Below the pieces are notes generated by a model. That model worked only from the letters and a program-made list of their open reading frames with translations. It ran no database searches and was not told the origin of the DNA. Shown here in pieces: positions 61,684-64,000 of a stretch of DNA of 64,000 nucleotides. The first letter of the stretch is position 1. Every line of letters starts with the position of its first letter. This DNA is from Amoebidium appalachense (taxonomy: Eukaryota > Protista > Ichthyosporea), in contig CAVNZM010000007.1 of the NCBI GenBank assembly GCA_963693365.1, positions 4,089,962-4,153,961 on the forward strand, written 5' to 3'. A program made the position numbers and the translations under genes.

Positions 61684-62746
61684 GGAAGGGATGGAACGAT
61701 AAGCACGCACGTACGTGAGGTACATGTGGAGTGCCTTGCATTGTATGCATGCGCACATGGATATTTTCTGAATCAAAACAGCAGATAGCAAGACACTGTC
61801 TGAAAAGTTGAACTTGCGTTTCTGTACGTACATATATATCCGCACAGTAGAATGTAAATCTCCGTCCTAGCAGCAAGGATGGTGTAAGACTAATTAGCCG
61901 GTGCTGAACCCCCCCTCCCGCCCCCCCCCCCCCCCCCCCCCCCCCCTCCTCTTTCCCCCTGGTGTGACTTTTACACGTGTGTCCGCACGTACATGTACAT
62001 GTGTATACGCCCACCCAAGCGGGTTTTTGGAAGAAGAATTTGGTGAGTGGGGACAGGGGTGTGTGTTTGTGCGTGTGCGTTTAGGGGGGGGGGGGGGGGG
62101 GGAAGGAGGGGGGCAAACTTGCCAAAAAAAAATAAAAAGAAGAAGAAGAAGCTTGCCAAACAGGAGGCATGCGCGAACATGGAATGGAATGTTTGACGGT
62201 GCGTGCGTATCCAACCATAGTGACCTTTATCGCACCATTTATAGTTCATAAAGAAGCGTTTTGGTCGGCGCACTCAGAAAGACCCTTTGGCTCACTCACT
62301 TGCCAAAAGTTGCCCTGCGGTAAGTGTTACGACACTACATACATACAGTTCATAGGGACCTCTGCTTTTTGTTTTTGGCTTACAACCAATACTTCTGAGA
62401 GCTGGCCGCAAGAATCTTTCAAGAATTTTCAATATGCTACGCTGCAAAGTTATAACAGCTTGAATTTATGAACGAGGCTCTGGGTCTATCTTCCCATAGA
62501 GGTGTTAGTGTTCTAGTTGGGTTTTCTTACCAGCTTAGAAAAACAGCAATAGGCAGTAAGCCTTCCGCCATAACAGGATGTCGTTTGCGGATTTGCAGCG
62601 GGGAGGAGGGGCGGGAGGAAGGCAGCCGGGCGCACAACGCCCACCCTCGAGCCCCCTGTGAGTGCAACTCTCCCTCCGTGTATATTACTTCTTAGCGTGA
62701 TGGGCCTGTGTTAGAAGTGTCAAATCCAGGTCTAACCCTGCTGCTT

Positions 62747-62798
<52 letters not shown>

Positions 62799-62966
62799 AC
62801 CACCACCACCACCACCACCATTACCACGACGACGGCAACCACCACGCACCCACGCACCCACGCACCCACCTACCCCCCATTCCCGCCTCCCTCTCCTAAA
62901 GCTTGGTGTTTGCTTTGTCCTTTGAGGCACCCACATGCTCGTGCACGCACGTACCTGCACCCACAG

Positions 62967-63015
<49 letters not shown>

Positions 63016-63534
63016 TTCCGCCCCTTCATACCTTCCCTGCCTCCCTTTTCTCGGCACTGGACACGCTCTCTTGTGCTTGTTATACACTTCGAGTTCTTTT
63101 GTGCACTCTCACTGCTCATGTACCACGTACGCCATACACCCATCCCCTGATGGTTGGCTCTGCTAGTGTCACTTTCCTGCACAGTTCTTTGCTGTGTCGG
63201 GGCTATAATATGATGTCGTCTTGTTCCCACTTTTTCCTTAATTTCCCCCTCCCCCCTTGCTCCCCCTCTACCATCACACCAAAACACACTGTTTCTCTTG
63301 TAGACTACCCCTTATTTCTCTTTCTCACTTTCAGTGCTGTTTCGTCGTACCTCCTATGTCTATTCTTCTCAACTCCCCTTAATCCCCGACTTGCTATTTT
63401 TTGACTTTTTTCGTTGTGCCTGCACCTCTGCTTTGCCCCCCTTTCACGTTGTTTCCAAGCCAACTACTGTGTGCCCTTTTTTTGCCGTCGTCAGGCTTTC
63501 TGGTATTCTCCCGTAAGGACTCGCTTCTACGTCC

Positions 63535-63582
<48 letters not shown>

Positions 63583-63765
63583 CTGCATCCCCCCTCCCCC
63601 CTGTCCTCTCCTGCCCCCTCGTGCCCTACAGCACCACCCACACACTTGGGCACAAGTAGATATACTCTCGATTTTCCCGTTCCGTCCTCCTTTGCGTTGC
63701 TCGACACATCTCTTGCCTATCTGGTCTTCTCTCCTTTCAGTCTTTGCCCCCCCCCCCCCCCCCTC

Positions 63766-63802
<37 letters not shown>

Positions 63803-64000
63803 ACCTTCACTTCCTTCCTCCCGCATCTAGTCAGTCTTATATCTTTCTTTCTCCTCGGGCCCGTAGCTTCATGCCCCCCCTCCCCCCCCTACCCCCCTCC
63901 CCCCCCCCCCCCCCCCCCAAACCGCGCTCTCCCTTTCTCCCCCCTTCTCAGCCCTAGAGCATCCCCTCCCCTGCACCCCAATTCTACCGACTCCCATACA

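Noticed and set aside
61187-62700. Possible exons or ORFs (e.g. 62169-62471)
   Set aside because: No recognisable domain and no consistent splice chain.

Overview
Eukaryotic, intron-rich genomic DNA. Introns and intergenic regions are saturated with poly-C/poly-G tracts and (CA)n/(GT)n/(GCAC)n microsatellites, so most ORF-track entries are artefacts. A PHACTR-type gene together with a biosynthetic threonine dehydratase carrying C-terminal regulatory domains suggests a non-animal opisthokont, possibly a unicellular holozoan (inference only). Manual GT/GC-AG splice reconstruction gives, left to right: (1) a minus-strand F-box/LRR gene with an N-terminal UBZ4-type zinc finger; (2) an intronless Ser/Thr kinase; (3) a 7-exon MRNIP homologue; (4) a type II membrane mucin-stalk protein with a Pmp-like beta-helix; (5) a 5'-truncated ILV1/ilvA pseudogene with two in-frame TAA codons at probable Glu positions; (6) QCR8/UQCRQ; (7) a PHACTR-like protein with an N-terminal FYVE-like finger; (8) an 11-exon type I membrane coiled-coil protein of unknown family; (9) a disrupted BTB plus beta-propeller gene. 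Non-coding features include a TA-flanked hairpin MITE, a two-copy ~240-bp dispersed repeat with possible RNA structure, and several arrays of short palindromic units. The most interesting items are the FYVE-like/PHACTR fusion, the UBZ4-F-box-LRR architecture and the unusual intron architecture. All protein family calls come from motif recognition by eye; no database searches were run.
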